A DNA stretch of 64,000 nt from an uncultured Butyricicoccus sp. GTDB lineage: Bacteria > Bacillota > Clostridia > Oscillospirales > Butyricicoccaceae. The stretch lies in NCBI GenBank assembly GCA_904420185.1, contig CAJFUJ010000005.1:4204-68203 (forward strand). Reading direction: 5' to 3'. Below are positions 10,124-19,793 of the stretch, piece by piece. Position 1 is the first letter of the stretch; every line of letters starts with the position of its first letter. The notes beneath the pieces are model-generated. The model was given only the letters and a program-made list of their open reading frames with translations, was not told the DNA's origin and did not search any database. A program made the position numbers and the translations under genes.

Positions 10124-11287
10124 ATGAGAGTAATGATCTTATCGGTCACCGCCGGCTTTGGCCATCACGCGACAGCCAAAGCCGTGGGCGACCTGCTTGC
10201 TGCGCGTGGGGCGGCCGTGCGCACGCTGGATGTGTATGAGTATATCAACCGGGCGGTCAAAAGCACCATCGACAAAGGGTATCTGTTTTCATCTAAACAC
10301 ACCAAAGAGCTCTACCGGCTGGTATATGCGCTGGCCGAAAATCACGGCGCCGGGTATTTCACCACGCCCATCAGCATTCTGAACATTGTCAACGCCCTGG
10401 GCGCCTCCAAAATCGCCCGCATTGTCACCGATTTTAACCCCGACGTGTTGGTATGTACCCATGTATTCGCCGCCCAGCTGATGAACGAGATCAAAAAGCG
10501 CGGCCTGCTGTCCACCACGGTAATCGGCATCATCACCGACTACACCATCCACCCGTATTGGGAAAACGTCCCCTATATCGACTATATTGTCACCGCCAGC
10601 GAGCTGCTGCACCACCGCGCGCTGCGCCGCGGGATTGAGGCCAACCGGCTGCTGCATTTCGGCATCCCCATTCATCCCAAATTCAACCGCGAAATCAGCC
10701 GTGAACAGGCGGCAGGCGAACTACACATCGACCCAGACCGTCCCACCATTCTGATGATGGGCGGCAGCATGGGATATTCCAACCACAAAAAGCTCATCCA
10801 GGCCCTTTCGCTAGTTGGCATCGATTTTCAGCTGCTTGTGGTGTGTGGCAACAACAAACGCCAGTACAGCAGCCTCGTGCACACCCTCAAAGAATACACC
10901 GGGCCGTGTTCGATCTACCCCTTCGGGTTTGTCAACAATGTGGAAATCATGATGAGCGCATCCGACTGTATCCTCACAAAACCCGGCGGTTTGACCGTAT
11001 CCGAGGCACTGGCCAAAAACCTGCCCATGATCTTGGTCAATCCCATCCCCGGCCATGAGGAGCGCAATGTGGAATTTTTGCTTAACAATGGGATTGCTTT
11101 GCAGGTAACCAAAACCTTCCCGGTCGATGAAGCGGTCTACCACTTGTTCCAGAACACCCCCCGCTTGGCCAGTATCCGCCAAACCATGCGCGCGGTCGCG
11201 CATCCCGATGCAACCGAACGGCTGTGCAGTTTTATTTTGGAAATGCCACCGCGCGCCAGCGTGTGGGACGCACTCCCCGACAGCTGA
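10124..11287 (+). CDS. MGDG synthase / UgtP-like diacylglycerol glycosyltransferase (GT28)
   Basis: SVTAGFGHH, CTHVF, IITDY, GIPI, MGGSMG, TKPGGLTVSEA and PIPGHEERN motifs. Confidence 0.9.
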   Translation: MRVMILSVTAGFGHHATAKAVGDLLAARGAAVRTLDVYEYINRAVKSTIDKGYLFSSKHTKELYRLVYALAENHGAGYFTTPISILNIVNALGASKIARIVTDFNPDVLVCTHVFAAQLMNEIKKRGLLSTTVIGIITDYTIHPYWENVPYIDYIVTASELLHHRALRRGIEANRLLHFGIPIHPKFNREISREQAAGELHIDPDRPTILMMGGSMGYSNHKKLIQALSLVGIDFQLLVVCGNNKRQYSSLVHTLKEYTGPCSIYPFGFVNNVEIMMSASDCILTKPGGLTVSEALAKNLPMILVNPIPGHEERNVEFLLNNGIALQVTKTFPVDEAVYHLFQNTPRLASIRQTMRAVAHPDATERLCSFILEMPPRASVWDALPDS

Positions 11288-11311
11288 CCGGACCATATGC
11301 ACCTATGAAAG

Positions 11312-11355
11312 TACCCCGCCAGACCTGGTTGTAAAAAACCGGTCCGGCGGGGTGT
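11312..11355. terminator. Terminator hairpin between convergent genes
   Basis: TACCCCGCCAGACC...GGTCCGGCGGGGTG imperfect inverted repeat. Confidence 0.65.
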
Positions 11356-11374
11356 TCTTGTTTAGCACGGGCTT

Positions 11375-11812
11375 TTAATCCTTGGCGAAAATTTTGCCCT
11401 GCTGGACAATGGTCAGCCCCAGGTCCAGCCCAAGTGCGGCCAAGCGTCCCAAGGTGCCAGCCTTGAGCGCCAGGCGCAGCTGGGGCGCATCGGTAGAAAC
11501 CGAGCACCACAGTTTGACATCGTGGGCGGCGATCAGCGAGCAGACTTCCGATCCCTCATAGCAGAAGATGTTCAAAAACTCGCAGACAATGTCGTTGAGC
11601 GGGTTTTCGCTCTGGGTACGGTATTCAATGCGCGCCTGAAAGTATGCCTTGTCGCGGATGCGGGCGTGTTTGGTCCCGTCCGGGTCATAGACATAGTAGG
11701 TATCCCCGACAGGTGAACCAAAGCAGCTGCACTTAGCGAAGATATCGTACAAGGGTACAATATCCAGTTCTTCACCCTCAAGCTCCAAATAGAGATATAG
11801 ATTCTGTTCCAT
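11375..11812 (-). CDS. Hypothetical protein (DUF4279-like)
   Basis: AAGGGG RBS; directly downstream of the M15 gene; N-terminal beta strand and C-terminal LAALGLDLGLTI resemble DUF4279 proteins. Confidence 0.6.
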   Translation of the reverse strand: MEQNLYLYLELEGEELDIVPLYDIFAKCSCFGSPVGDTYYVYDPDGTKHARIRDKAYFQARIEYRTQSENPLNDIVCEFLNIFCYEGSEVCSLIAAHDVKLWCSVSTDAPQLRLALKAGTLGRLAALGLDLGLTIVQQGKIFAKD

Positions 11813-11827
11813 TTTGCCCCTTCTTTC

Positions 11828-13141
11828 TCAGCGTCCAAAATAGGAAAAATGCATGTAATCCCGCTTGCTGGGCCAGGCGTCCCCGCCCCAGGCAAAGCCG
11901 TATTTTTTGAAGGCACGCACCACGTCGCCGTCCGCCGGGATGGAATACGGGTCCTCACCGGGCGTCCAATGGGTGCCGGTTGTGATCTGGGTGACTGCAC
12001 CCGACGCATCGATATAGCACTCCATGTTTTCCTCCCAGTTGAGGTCAACCGCCGTTCCCCACCGATGTTCGGAGCGGGCGTTGGACCGCCAAGCGTAGCT
12101 GCCACCGTTTTTCAGCGGGAACTGCTCCTCCCCGGCGAAGATCTCCTCAAATACCGCCTGGTATACCTGGGCCAGGTTGGCGTTGACCGTCAACGTCATC
12201 GTATCGGCTGTCTTGGTGCCGTCACTTTGCAGCCGCCACACCGGGACTGTAATGTCCGCCATCGCCGCCTCGGCCTGTTCTGGGCTGTCATAGCCGGGCG
12301 TCGCGCTGCCAAACACCCGCGCCAGCTTTTGCTCCTCGGTCAGGCTACCGGCTTCCTCGGGCAGAATCGGCGTTCCGTCCGTCGTGCTCCCGGTTTGGGA
12401 CCCGTTATCCGGAGCTGGCGCGGTCTGCACGCTATCCTCCCCAGCAGGCATCTGTGCAACCAGATCGTCAGCTATGGCGGGCGGCGCTTCGGAATCGTTG
12501 CCGGGCGCTTCCTCCAGCGCATAGGCTGACAGGAACCGGACCGCCAAAATCAGCGACTGTTCACGGGTGGTCGTATCCTCCGGTGACAGGGTAATGCTGC
12601 CATCGCCCTCGGTGATGCCGCTAATGACGCCGCTGTCCACCATGGCTGCCACGTCATTTTGTGCCCAGGCTGCGACCACACCGGCATCGGCATACGCGCG
12701 CAGGGCATCTACATCCGCCTGGCCAGGGTCGCCTGGCATCTGCCGCAGCACATTGCCGAGCATCACGCACAGCTCCTGCCGGGTGATCGTCGCGTCCGGG
12801 TCGAAGGTACCGTCACCCCGGCCGCTAACCAAACCGAGTGCGCTGGCAGACACGACAATGGGGTCATCGGTATCGGCAAAGGGACTGTCGGTCTGCAACT
12901 CGGCCATGCGGCCGGTCGCTTCTTCAAACAGGCGCAGCATAACATTGCAGAACTCGGCGCGGGATACGTCCTCCTGCGCGGCCAAGCGATCAAAGGTGTC
13001 GGGTACCAGACCGGCTGTCTCCGCCCGGCTGACCTCGGCCTTTGCCCAGGCCGATACACCGGTCAGGGCGCACGCCTGCGGCGCGGTCCCAGCTACAAGC
13101 GCTGCGGCGAGCATTGCGCCGCCCCATGTCTTCCATCCCAT
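11828..13141 (-). CDS. SLH-domain protein with C-terminal M15 family peptidoglycan peptidase
   Basis: Signal peptide; SLH motifs (VSRAEF, ITRQEL, TTREQS); C-terminal SEHRWGTAVDLN and FKKYGFAWGG..W..RDYMHFS. Confidence 0.85.
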   Translation of the reverse strand: MGWKTWGGAMLAAALVAGTAPQACALTGVSAWAKAEVSRAETAGLVPDTFDRLAAQEDVSRAEFCNVMLRLFEEATGRMAELQTDSPFADTDDPIVVSASALGLVSGRGDGTFDPDATITRQELCVMLGNVLRQMPGDPGQADVDALRAYADAGVVAAWAQNDVAAMVDSGVISGITEGDGSITLSPEDTTTREQSLILAVRFLSAYALEEAPGNDSEAPPAIADDLVAQMPAGEDSVQTAPAPDNGSQTGSTTDGTPILPEEAGSLTEEQKLARVFGSATPGYDSPEQAEAAMADITVPVWRLQSDGTKTADTMTLTVNANLAQVYQAVFEEIFAGEEQFPLKNGGSYAWRSNARSEHRWGTAVDLNWEENMECYIDASGAVTQITTGTHWTPGEDPYSIPADGDVVRAFKKYGFAWGGDAWPSKRDYMHFSYFGR

Positions 13142-13253
13142 TTTACATCTCCTCCACAGAAAAATTACAAAACGTTAACACTTTTTTTACCAGTTGTTTT
13201 CTCTTTACCCGTCTGGAGAATGCAGATTCGGGCATTTTTTGTCGTACAACTGG

Positions 13254-13327
13254 TTTTGCACAGTGTCCACAGATTTATCCACAGATATGCACAGCCTTGG
13301 GGATAAATCTGTGATAACTGTGCGTAA
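13254..13327. promoter_or_regulatory. DnaA box cluster (6-7 boxes)
   Basis: Forward boxes TTTTGCACA 13254, GTGTCCACA 13263, TTATCCACA 13275 and ATATGCACA 13285; inverted boxes TGGGGATAA 13298 and TGTGCGTAA 13319; degenerate CTGTGATAA 13309. Confidence 0.75.
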
Positions 13328-14854
13328 TTACGTGCCGGAAAGGCCCAACCGATCCAGTTGCCGGTATTGGATGGCTTCGGCCACATGTGCCGCCTCCAGG
13401 GTATCCGATTGTTCCAAATCCGCCACGGTGCGCGCCACGCGCAGCAAGCGGTCGTATGTGCGGGCGGTCAGGCCCAGCCGGGTGAAGCTGGCCTGCAACA
13501 GCTGCTCGGCCTCCGGGCTGAGCGGGCAGGCCTGCGCCATGTAACTGACCGGCAGCTCGGCATTGCACAACCACCCTTTGCCCGCGTACCGGGCCTGCTG
13601 GCGCGCCCGCGCGGCCACGACCCGCGCACGGATGGCTGCGGATGTTTCTTCTTCGGCCTTTCCGCGCATGGCCAGCGCTTCATAGGGCACCGGTTGCACA
13701 GCGACCTGTAAATCGATGCGGTCGATCAATGGCCCCGACAAACGGCGCAAATATTTTTTTACATCCTCCCGCCTACAAGTACAGCGTTTGGTCCCATACC
13801 AGCCGCATTTGCAGGGGTTCATCGCTGCTAGCAACTGAAATTGCGCAGGGTAGGTTGTCTGTCCGGCTACCCGAACAATGGTGACCTGGCCGTCCTCCAT
13901 GGGCTGGCGCAGAGTTTCCAGCACGTCGTTATGGAACTCGGGCAGCTCGTCCAGAAACAGTACGCCCCGGTGGGCCAGCGACGCCTCACCCGGCCGCATG
14001 AAGATCCGCCCACCGCCGATCAGCGCCGCCGCCGAAGCCGTATGATGGGGCGCGCGAAAGGGCCGTCCGGCCATATGGGCGGCTTCGCTCCCCCGCCCCA
14101 GCGCCGACCACACCCGGATGACCTCCAGCCGCTCCTCTTGGGTCAGTGGCGGCAAAATAGAAGCAAAGCATTTGGCCATCAGGCTCTTGCCCGCGCCCGG
14201 CGGGCCGGACAGCAGCACATTATGCCCGCCCGCTGCCGCGATTTCCAGGGCACGCTTAACCGCCCGCTGCCCCAAAACATGCTGGAAATCCAATCCCGGG
14301 GCAAAATCCGGTACCGGTTCGGGCGGGCCACAGGGTTCAAGCAGCGCTTTACCCTCTAAGTGACGCAGTACCGCATCCAAGCTAGGGGCCGGATAGACGG
14401 TCACGCCCGTAGCGTAGGCCGCTTCATCCCGGTTTCCCTCGGGTAGGATGATCTGTTTTGCACCCGCATCCCGTGCAGCAAAAACCATGCTCAGCGCGCC
14501 TGCAACCGGGCGCAGCTGGCCACCCAGTGACAATTCGCCCAAAAACACGGTGTCTTTGGGCAGGGGACCGATCTTTTTTGCGGCCGACAGCACGGACAGC
14601 AAGATGGGCAGATCGTACACCGCCCCCTCCTTTTTGGTGTCCGCGGGCGCGAGGTTGACCGTCAGGCGGCAAACCGGCCATTCTACCCCACACGAGCGCG
14701 CCGCTGCCCGCACCCGTTCGGCCGATTCGCTGACCGCCTTGCCTGGCAAGCCGACGATATCCAGCCGCGGCAATCCTTGACCGGCATAACATTCCACATC
14801 GACCGGATAACCGGCAATCCCGGTCAAGCCCGCTGAACGGCAAACAGAAACCAT
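13328..14854 (-). CDS. comM: YifB/ComM family Mg-chelatase-like AAA+ ATPase
   Basis: IVGLP, VNLAPAD, GELSLGG, Walker A GPPGAGKS, FRAPHH, LFLDELPEF and AAMNPCKCG. Confidence 0.9.
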   Translation of the reverse strand: MVSVCRSAGLTGIAGYPVDVECYAGQGLPRLDIVGLPGKAVSESAERVRAAARSCGVEWPVCRLTVNLAPADTKKEGAVYDLPILLSVLSAAKKIGPLPKDTVFLGELSLGGQLRPVAGALSMVFAARDAGAKQIILPEGNRDEAAYATGVTVYPAPSLDAVLRHLEGKALLEPCGPPEPVPDFAPGLDFQHVLGQRAVKRALEIAAAGGHNVLLSGPPGAGKSLMAKCFASILPPLTQEERLEVIRVWSALGRGSEAAHMAGRPFRAPHHTASAAALIGGGRIFMRPGEASLAHRGVLFLDELPEFHNDVLETLRQPMEDGQVTIVRVAGQTTYPAQFQLLAAMNPCKCGWYGTKRCTCRREDVKKYLRRLSGPLIDRIDLQVAVQPVPYEALAMRGKAEEETSAAIRARVVAARARQQARYAGKGWLCNAELPVSYMAQACPLSPEAEQLLQASFTRLGLTARTYDRLLRVARTVADLEQSDTLEAAHVAEAIQYRQLDRLGLSGT

Positions 14855-14937
14855 ATACTTCCTCCTTCCCAACTACTTTTTATTATAATACAAAGCTGTC
14901 CTAGGTACAACGCATATCTTTTCAGCCGGGCGCAGGC

Positions 14938-14972
14938 AAAAGGCCTGCCGTCCTTCGCAGACGGCAGGCCTT
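14938..14972 (-). terminator. Intrinsic terminator on the minus strand inside the divergent comM/nifJ gap
   Basis: AAGGCCTGCCGTC...GACGGCAGGCCTT followed by a T run on the minus strand. Confidence 0.7.
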
Positions 14973-14992
14973 GTATCCCTGGTATCTTCTGT

Positions 14993-15109
14993 TTATTCGC
15001 GTGCGGTGAGTGAAAAATCCGAAAATCCGGCGGCGCTGGCAATCTGTGCAACCTCGGCTTGGAGGGCGTCCGGCGCCTCGGACGAAACAAGCAGTATGGA
15101 TAAATCTCT
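14993..15109 (-). pseudogene. Possible 3' gene remnant (38 codons, RDLSILLVSSEAPDALQAEVAQIASAAGFSDFSLTARE*)
   Basis: Host-like codon pattern; stop lies 20 bp before the orphan terminator; no ATG/GTG/TTG start in frame. Confidence 0.3.
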
Positions 15110-15336
15110 TCATAACGTCTGGCGGCTTACCGGCCCCGCTCGCAGCCCCTTGGCTTTTTTCCTGGAAATACGAAAAGTTTTCAGGGATTTTGGTTTACAG
15201 CTTTGGCTTGGTGTGCTAAAATAAAACACGGCAAGAAGGGTCACTTTTTGTGAGAAGAGGATTCTGTATTATTCGCTTTTTCTTTTTTTGCTCGCAATTA
15301 TCTCACGCAATAGAGATTGAAGGAGGAATTAGAAAC

Positions 15337-18300
15337 ATGGCAAGAAAGATGAAGTCCATGGACGGTAACACGGCTGCGGCCCATGTGTCGTATGCGTTTA
15401 CCGAGGTTGCGGGGATCTATCCGATCACCCCGTCCAGCCCCATGGCAGACAGCGTGGACCAGTGGGCCGCGCAAGGGCAGAAGAATATCTTTGGCACTAC
15501 GGTGAAGGTTGTCGAGATGCAATCCGAGGCAGGCGCCGCCGGTACGGTACACGGCTCGCTTGCAGCGGGCGCGCTGACCACCACCTACACCGCGTCCCAG
15601 GGCCTTCTGCTCATGATCCCCAACATGTATAAGATTGCAGGCGAGCTGCTTCCCTGCGTATTCCATGTGTCGGCGCGTACCGTGGCGTCGCATGCGCTCA
15701 ACATTTTTGGCGACCAGTCGGACGTCATGGCCTGCCGCCAGACCGGTTTTGCCATGTTGGCGGAGACCAACCCGCAGGAGGTCATGGACCTTGGTGCGGT
15801 TGCGCACCTGGCGACGATCAAGTCGCGCGTGCCGTTTATCAACTTCTTTGACGGTTTCCGCACCTCTCACGAGATCCAGAAGATTGAGGTCTGGGATTAC
15901 GATGACCTGGCCGAGATGTGCGACATGGATGCCGTTGAGGCCTTCCGTGCCCGTGCCCTCAACCCCGAGCATCCGGTGATGCGCGGTTCGCACGAAAACG
16001 GCGATATTTTCTTCCAGCATCGTGAAGCCGCAAACAAATACTATGAGGCCGTTCCCGCCATTGTCGAAGAATATATGGGCAAGGTGAACCAAAAGCTCGG
16101 CACCGACTACAAGCTGTTCAACTACTACGGCGCGCCGGATGCCGACCGCATCATCATTGCCATGGGTTCGATCTGCGACGTGGCCGAAGAGGTCATTGAT
16201 TACCTGTCTGCCAAGGGCGAAAAGGTCGGCTTGGTCAAGGTCCGCCTGTACCGTCCGTTTGCAGCAGACAAGCTGGTTGAGGCCATCCCCGCTTCGGCCA
16301 AGAAGATCGCAGTGCTCGACCGCACCAAAGAGCCTGGTTCCCAAGGCGAACCGCTTTACCTGGATGTTATCACCGCATTGGCCAATGCAGGCATCACCGA
16401 CAAGATTGTCACCGGCGGCCGCTATGGCCTGGGTTCCAAGGACACACCGCCCTCTTCGGTTTTCGCTGTATACGAAGAGCTGACCAAGGATGCCCCCAAG
16501 CACCAGTTCACCATCGGTATTGTGGACGATGTCACCAACATGTCGCTTGAGGAGAAGCCGGCCCCGAACACCGCGGCTGAAGGCACCACCGAATGCAAAT
16601 TCTGGGGCCTGGGCGGCGACGGTACGGTCGGCGCAAATAAGAACTCCATCAAGATCATCGGCGACCACACCGACAAGTATGTACAGGCATACTTCCAGTA
16701 CGACTCCAAAAAGACCGGCGGCGTCACCATCTCGCACCTCCGCTTTGGCGATAAGCCGATCAAGAGCCCCTACTATATTAATAAAGCCGACTTTGTCGCC
16801 TGCCACAACCCCTCTTACATCACCAAGGGCTTCCCGATTGTGCGCGACGTAAAGCCGGGCGGTGTATTCCTCATCAACTGCCAGTGGACCCCCGAGGAAC
16901 TCGAGCACCATCTGGCCCCCTCGGAAAAGCGCTATATCGCCAAGAACAACATCCAGCTCTATACCATCAATGCGATCGACTTGGCCATCGAAATCGGCAT
17001 GGGCAAACGCACCAACACCATCCTGCAGTCGGCGTTCTTTGCGCTGGCCAAGGTCATGCCCTCTGAGGATGCCATCCGCTTTATGAAGGAAGCGGCAACC
17101 AAGTCCTACCTCAAGAAGGGCCAGGATATCGTGGACATGAACCACAAGGCCATTGATGCAGGCGCAACCGCGTTTGTCAAGGTCGATGTTCCGGCTTCCT
17201 GGGCCGATGCACCGGATAAGACCGACGATGTACAGCTGGCAGGCCGCGAAAAGACGGTCAAAATGGTCAAGGAATTGCTCGATCCCATCGACCGCATGGA
17301 CGGCGACTCTCTGCCGGTATCCGCTTTCGTGGACCATGTGGACGGCACCTTCGAGCTGGGCGCTTCGGCTTACGAAAAGCGCGGCGTGGCAGTCACTGTT
17401 CCGACCTGGAATGCCGGCACCTGCGTACAGTGCAACCAGTGCGCCTATGTCTGCCCGCACGCGACCATCCGTCCGTTCGCACTGACTGCCGAAGAGGCTG
17501 CCGCTGCACCGGCGTCCGCCAAGATCGTGGACATCAAGGCCGGCAAGGGCAAGGGCGTTTACAAATATGCTCTGGCTATCTCCCCGCTCGACTGCATGGG
17601 CTGCGGTGTTTGTGTCGGCGTATGCCCGACCAGCTCGCTGGCCATGGCGCCGCAGGAGCAGGAACTGCCCCAGCAGGACGCCTTCAACTATATGGTCGAT
17701 CATGTTTCGGAAAAGGAAGACATGATCTCCACCGCTTCGGTCAAGGACAGCCAGTTCAAAAAGCCGCTGCTTGAGTTCTCCGGTTCGTGCGCAGGCTGCG
17801 CCGAAACTTCCTATGCCCGCCTGATCACCCAGGTTTGCGGCGACCGTATGTATATCTCCAACGCGACCGGCTGCTCGTCCATCTGGGGCGGCCCGGCGGC
17901 AACCAGCCCGTATACCATCGACGCCAACGGCCGTGGTCCGGCTTGGGCCAACAGCCTGTTCGAGGACAACGCCGAACATGGCCTGGGTATGTTCTACGGA
18001 CAGAAGGCCATCCGTGACCGTCTGATTGAAAAGACTCGCGCGCTGGTAGCGCATGACTACACCAACGCCGAACTGAAGGCCGCTGGCCAGCAGTGGCTGG
18101 ATACCCTGGACAACGGCGAGGCCAACGGCAAGGCGGCCCGCGCCTATATCGCAGCGCTGGAAGCTGGCGTCAATACAGTAGAAGAGCTGATCGCCCATCC
18201 CAATGCAGACATCCAGAAGTACGGCCAGGAACTGAAGGCTGCGGGCAAGACCCTGTGCGAGTGCCCGGCTTGCACCTTGGCGCGCGAAATCCTGGCCCAC

Positions 18301-18984
18301 AAGGAATTCTTGGCCAAGAAGTCCATCTGGATCTTCGGCGGCGACGGCTGGGCTTATGACATCGGCTACGGCGGTCTGGACCACGTCCTGGCTTCGGGCG
18401 AAGATGTCAATGTCATGGTCTTCGACACCGAGGTTTACTCCAACACTGGCGGTCAGGCCTCCAAGGCTACCAATATCGGTGCTGTTGCACAGTTTGCTGC
18501 TGCTGGCAAGGCCATCGGCAAGAAGTCCCTCGCTGAAATGGCGATGAGCTATGGCTATGTCTATGTTGCACAGGTCGCCATGGGCGCCAACCCGCAGCAG
18601 ACCCTTAAGGCCATCGCTGAGGCCGAAGCCTACAACGGCCCCTCCCTTATCATCGGTTATGCGCCCTGCGAGATGCACTCCATCAAGGGCGGCATGATTA
18701 ACTGCCAGAAGGAGATGAAGCGTGCGGTAGATTGCGGTTACTGGAATATGTTCCGCTTCAATCCGGCGCTCAAGGCCGAAGGCAAGAATCCGTTCATTTT
18801 GGACTCCAAGGCACCCAAGAGCGAGGATTATCGCGCCTTCCTGATGAACGAGGCCCGCTTCTCGGCTCTGACCCGCTCCTTCCCCGAGCGTGCAGAAGAG
18901 CTGTTCCAGAAGTCCCAGGACGCTTCGGTCGCACGCTATGCACACCTGCAAAAGCTGATCGACCTGTACAGCAACCAGGGCTGA
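15337..18984 (+). CDS. nifJ: Pyruvate:ferredoxin (flavodoxin) oxidoreductase
   Basis: IYPITPSS, EMQSEAGAAG, GLGGDGTVGANKN, two ferredoxin CxxCxxCxxxCP motifs, FSGSCAGC and GGDGWAYDIG. Confidence 0.97.
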   Translation: MARKMKSMDGNTAAAHVSYAFTEVAGIYPITPSSPMADSVDQWAAQGQKNIFGTTVKVVEMQSEAGAAGTVHGSLAAGALTTTYTASQGLLLMIPNMYKIAGELLPCVFHVSARTVASHALNIFGDQSDVMACRQTGFAMLAETNPQEVMDLGAVAHLATIKSRVPFINFFDGFRTSHEIQKIEVWDYDDLAEMCDMDAVEAFRARALNPEHPVMRGSHENGDIFFQHREAANKYYEAVPAIVEEYMGKVNQKLGTDYKLFNYYGAPDADRIIIAMGSICDVAEEVIDYLSAKGEKVGLVKVRLYRPFAADKLVEAIPASAKKIAVLDRTKEPGSQGEPLYLDVITALANAGITDKIVTGGRYGLGSKDTPPSSVFAVYEELTKDAPKHQFTIGIVDDVTNMSLEEKPAPNTAAEGTTECKFWGLGGDGTVGANKNSIKIIGDHTDKYVQAYFQYDSKKTGGVTISHLRFGDKPIKSPYYINKADFVACHNPSYITKGFPIVRDVKPGGVFLINCQWTPEELEHHLAPSEKRYIAKNNIQLYTINAIDLAIEIGMGKRTNTILQSAFFALAKVMPSEDAIRFMKEAATKSYLKKGQDIVDMNHKAIDAGATAFVKVDVPASWADAPDKTDDVQLAGREKTVKMVKELLDPIDRMDGDSLPVSAFVDHVDGTFELGASAYEKRGVAVTVPTWNAGTCVQCNQCAYVCPHATIRPFALTAEEAAAAPASAKIVDIKAGKGKGVYKYALAISPLDCMGCGVCVGVCPTSSLAMAPQEQELPQQDAFNYMVDHVSEKEDMISTASVKDSQFKKPLLEFSGSCAGCAETSYARLITQVCGDRMYISNATGCSSIWGGPAATSPYTIDANGRGPAWANSLFEDNAEHGLGMFYGQKAIRDRLIEKTRALVAHDYTNAELKAAGQQWLDTLDNGEANGKAARAYIAALEAGVNTVEELIAHPNADIQKYGQELKAAGKTLCECPACTLAREILAHKEFLAKKSIWIFGGDGWAYDIGYGGLDHVLASGEDVNVMVFDTEVYSNTGGQASKATNIGAVAQFAAAGKAIGKKSLAEMAMSYGYVYVAQVAMGANPQQTLKAIAEAEAYNGPSLIIGYAPCEMHSIKGGMINCQKEMKRAVDCGYWNMFRFNPALKAEGKNPFILDSKAPKSEDYRAFLMNEARFSALTRSFPERAEELFQKSQDASVARYAHLQKLIDLYSNQG

Positions 18985-19000
18985 TTTCCCCCACAAATAC

Positions 19001-19035
19001 AAGACGGACGGTATTCATTACCGTCCGTCTTTTTT
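19001..19035 (+). terminator. nifJ terminator
   Basis: AAGACGGACGGTA...TACCGTCCGTCTT followed by a T run. Confidence 0.9.
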
Positions 19036-19239
19036 GCTTTCAACCAGAAAATAAACCGCCGCACCAACGGTTTGCCTTGCCCAAAAGGTAGGCCAAAAAA
19101 ATTCCCTCATTTTTCTCGCGAGAGAAAAATGAAGGAATTGCCAAACCGAGATGGCCGTTCAACACCAATTCCAAGATGAAGGACTTTCGTGCAAGTCTCT
19201 TCTACGTCCTTATAGATGGTTTTACAAAAGGCTTCGCGA

Positions 19240-19620
19240 TTATGAAATTTTCTTTTGGCGGCAGTCCGAGCAAAAGCCGCGTGCCACCAGCGTATATTGC
19301 CGCACCGACATACCGGAGGCCTCCTCAATCTGGCGGCCCAGCGACTGCGGAAGCGTGAAGTCAAACACGCGGCCGCAGCCCTCGCACAGCAGATGATCAT
19401 GGGTAGTCAATCGCCAATCAAAGCGGTCGGGCATCCCTGGCATTTCGATCTTTCGAATTTTTCCATCTGCTGCAAGGAGATTGAGGTTGCGGTATACGGT
19501 CGCCAAGCTGATGGTCGGCAGCTGTTTTCGGATATCTCGAAAGAGTTCATCCGCTGTCGGATGGGTCGTACTGGCCGACACAGCATCCATAATAAGCTGT
19601 CTTTGCTTTGTGCGAATCAA
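19240..19620 (-). CDS. Fur/PerR family transcriptional repressor (TTG start)
   Basis: RTKQR, HPTADEL, ISLATVYRNL, HDHLLCEGC and GFCSDC; GGGAGG RBS before TTG 19620. Confidence 0.9.
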   Translation of the reverse strand: MIRTKQRQLIMDAVSASTTHPTADELFRDIRKQLPTISLATVYRNLNLLAADGKIRKIEMPGMPDRFDWRLTTHDHLLCEGCGRVFDFTLPQSLGRQIEEASGMSVRQYTLVARGFCSDCRQKKIS

Positions 19621-19674
19621 TGCTTTTTCCTCCCTTGCATGATCAACACGCAATGGGCAATCTCTCCCATGCGC

Positions 19675-19732
19675 TAACAAGAATGATTCTTCTTGTTAAT
19701 CATATTATAACGGATTTGTTGCCCGTTGTAAA
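19675..19732 (-). promoter_or_regulatory. SigA promoter plus palindromic candidate auto-operator of the Fur/PerR gene
   Basis: TTTACA-N17-TATAAT (19732-19704); AAGAATCATTCTT palindrome within a TAACAAGAA...TTCTTGTTA repeat just downstream. Confidence 0.6.
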
Positions 19733-19793
19733 CATCTAGAGATACGGAAGAAAAAAAACATAACTTCCTACAAAATTCGATCGATTCTCCGGC

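Noticed and set aside
15055-15095. GTCC...GGACGAAAC resembling hammerhead ribozyme stem II
   Set aside because: The required CUGAnGA core is absent upstream.
15298-19002. 1234-aa ORF antisense to nifJ
   Set aside because: Shadow frame caused by strong codon bias in a GC-rich gene; it has no recognisable motifs and mirrors nifJ exactly.
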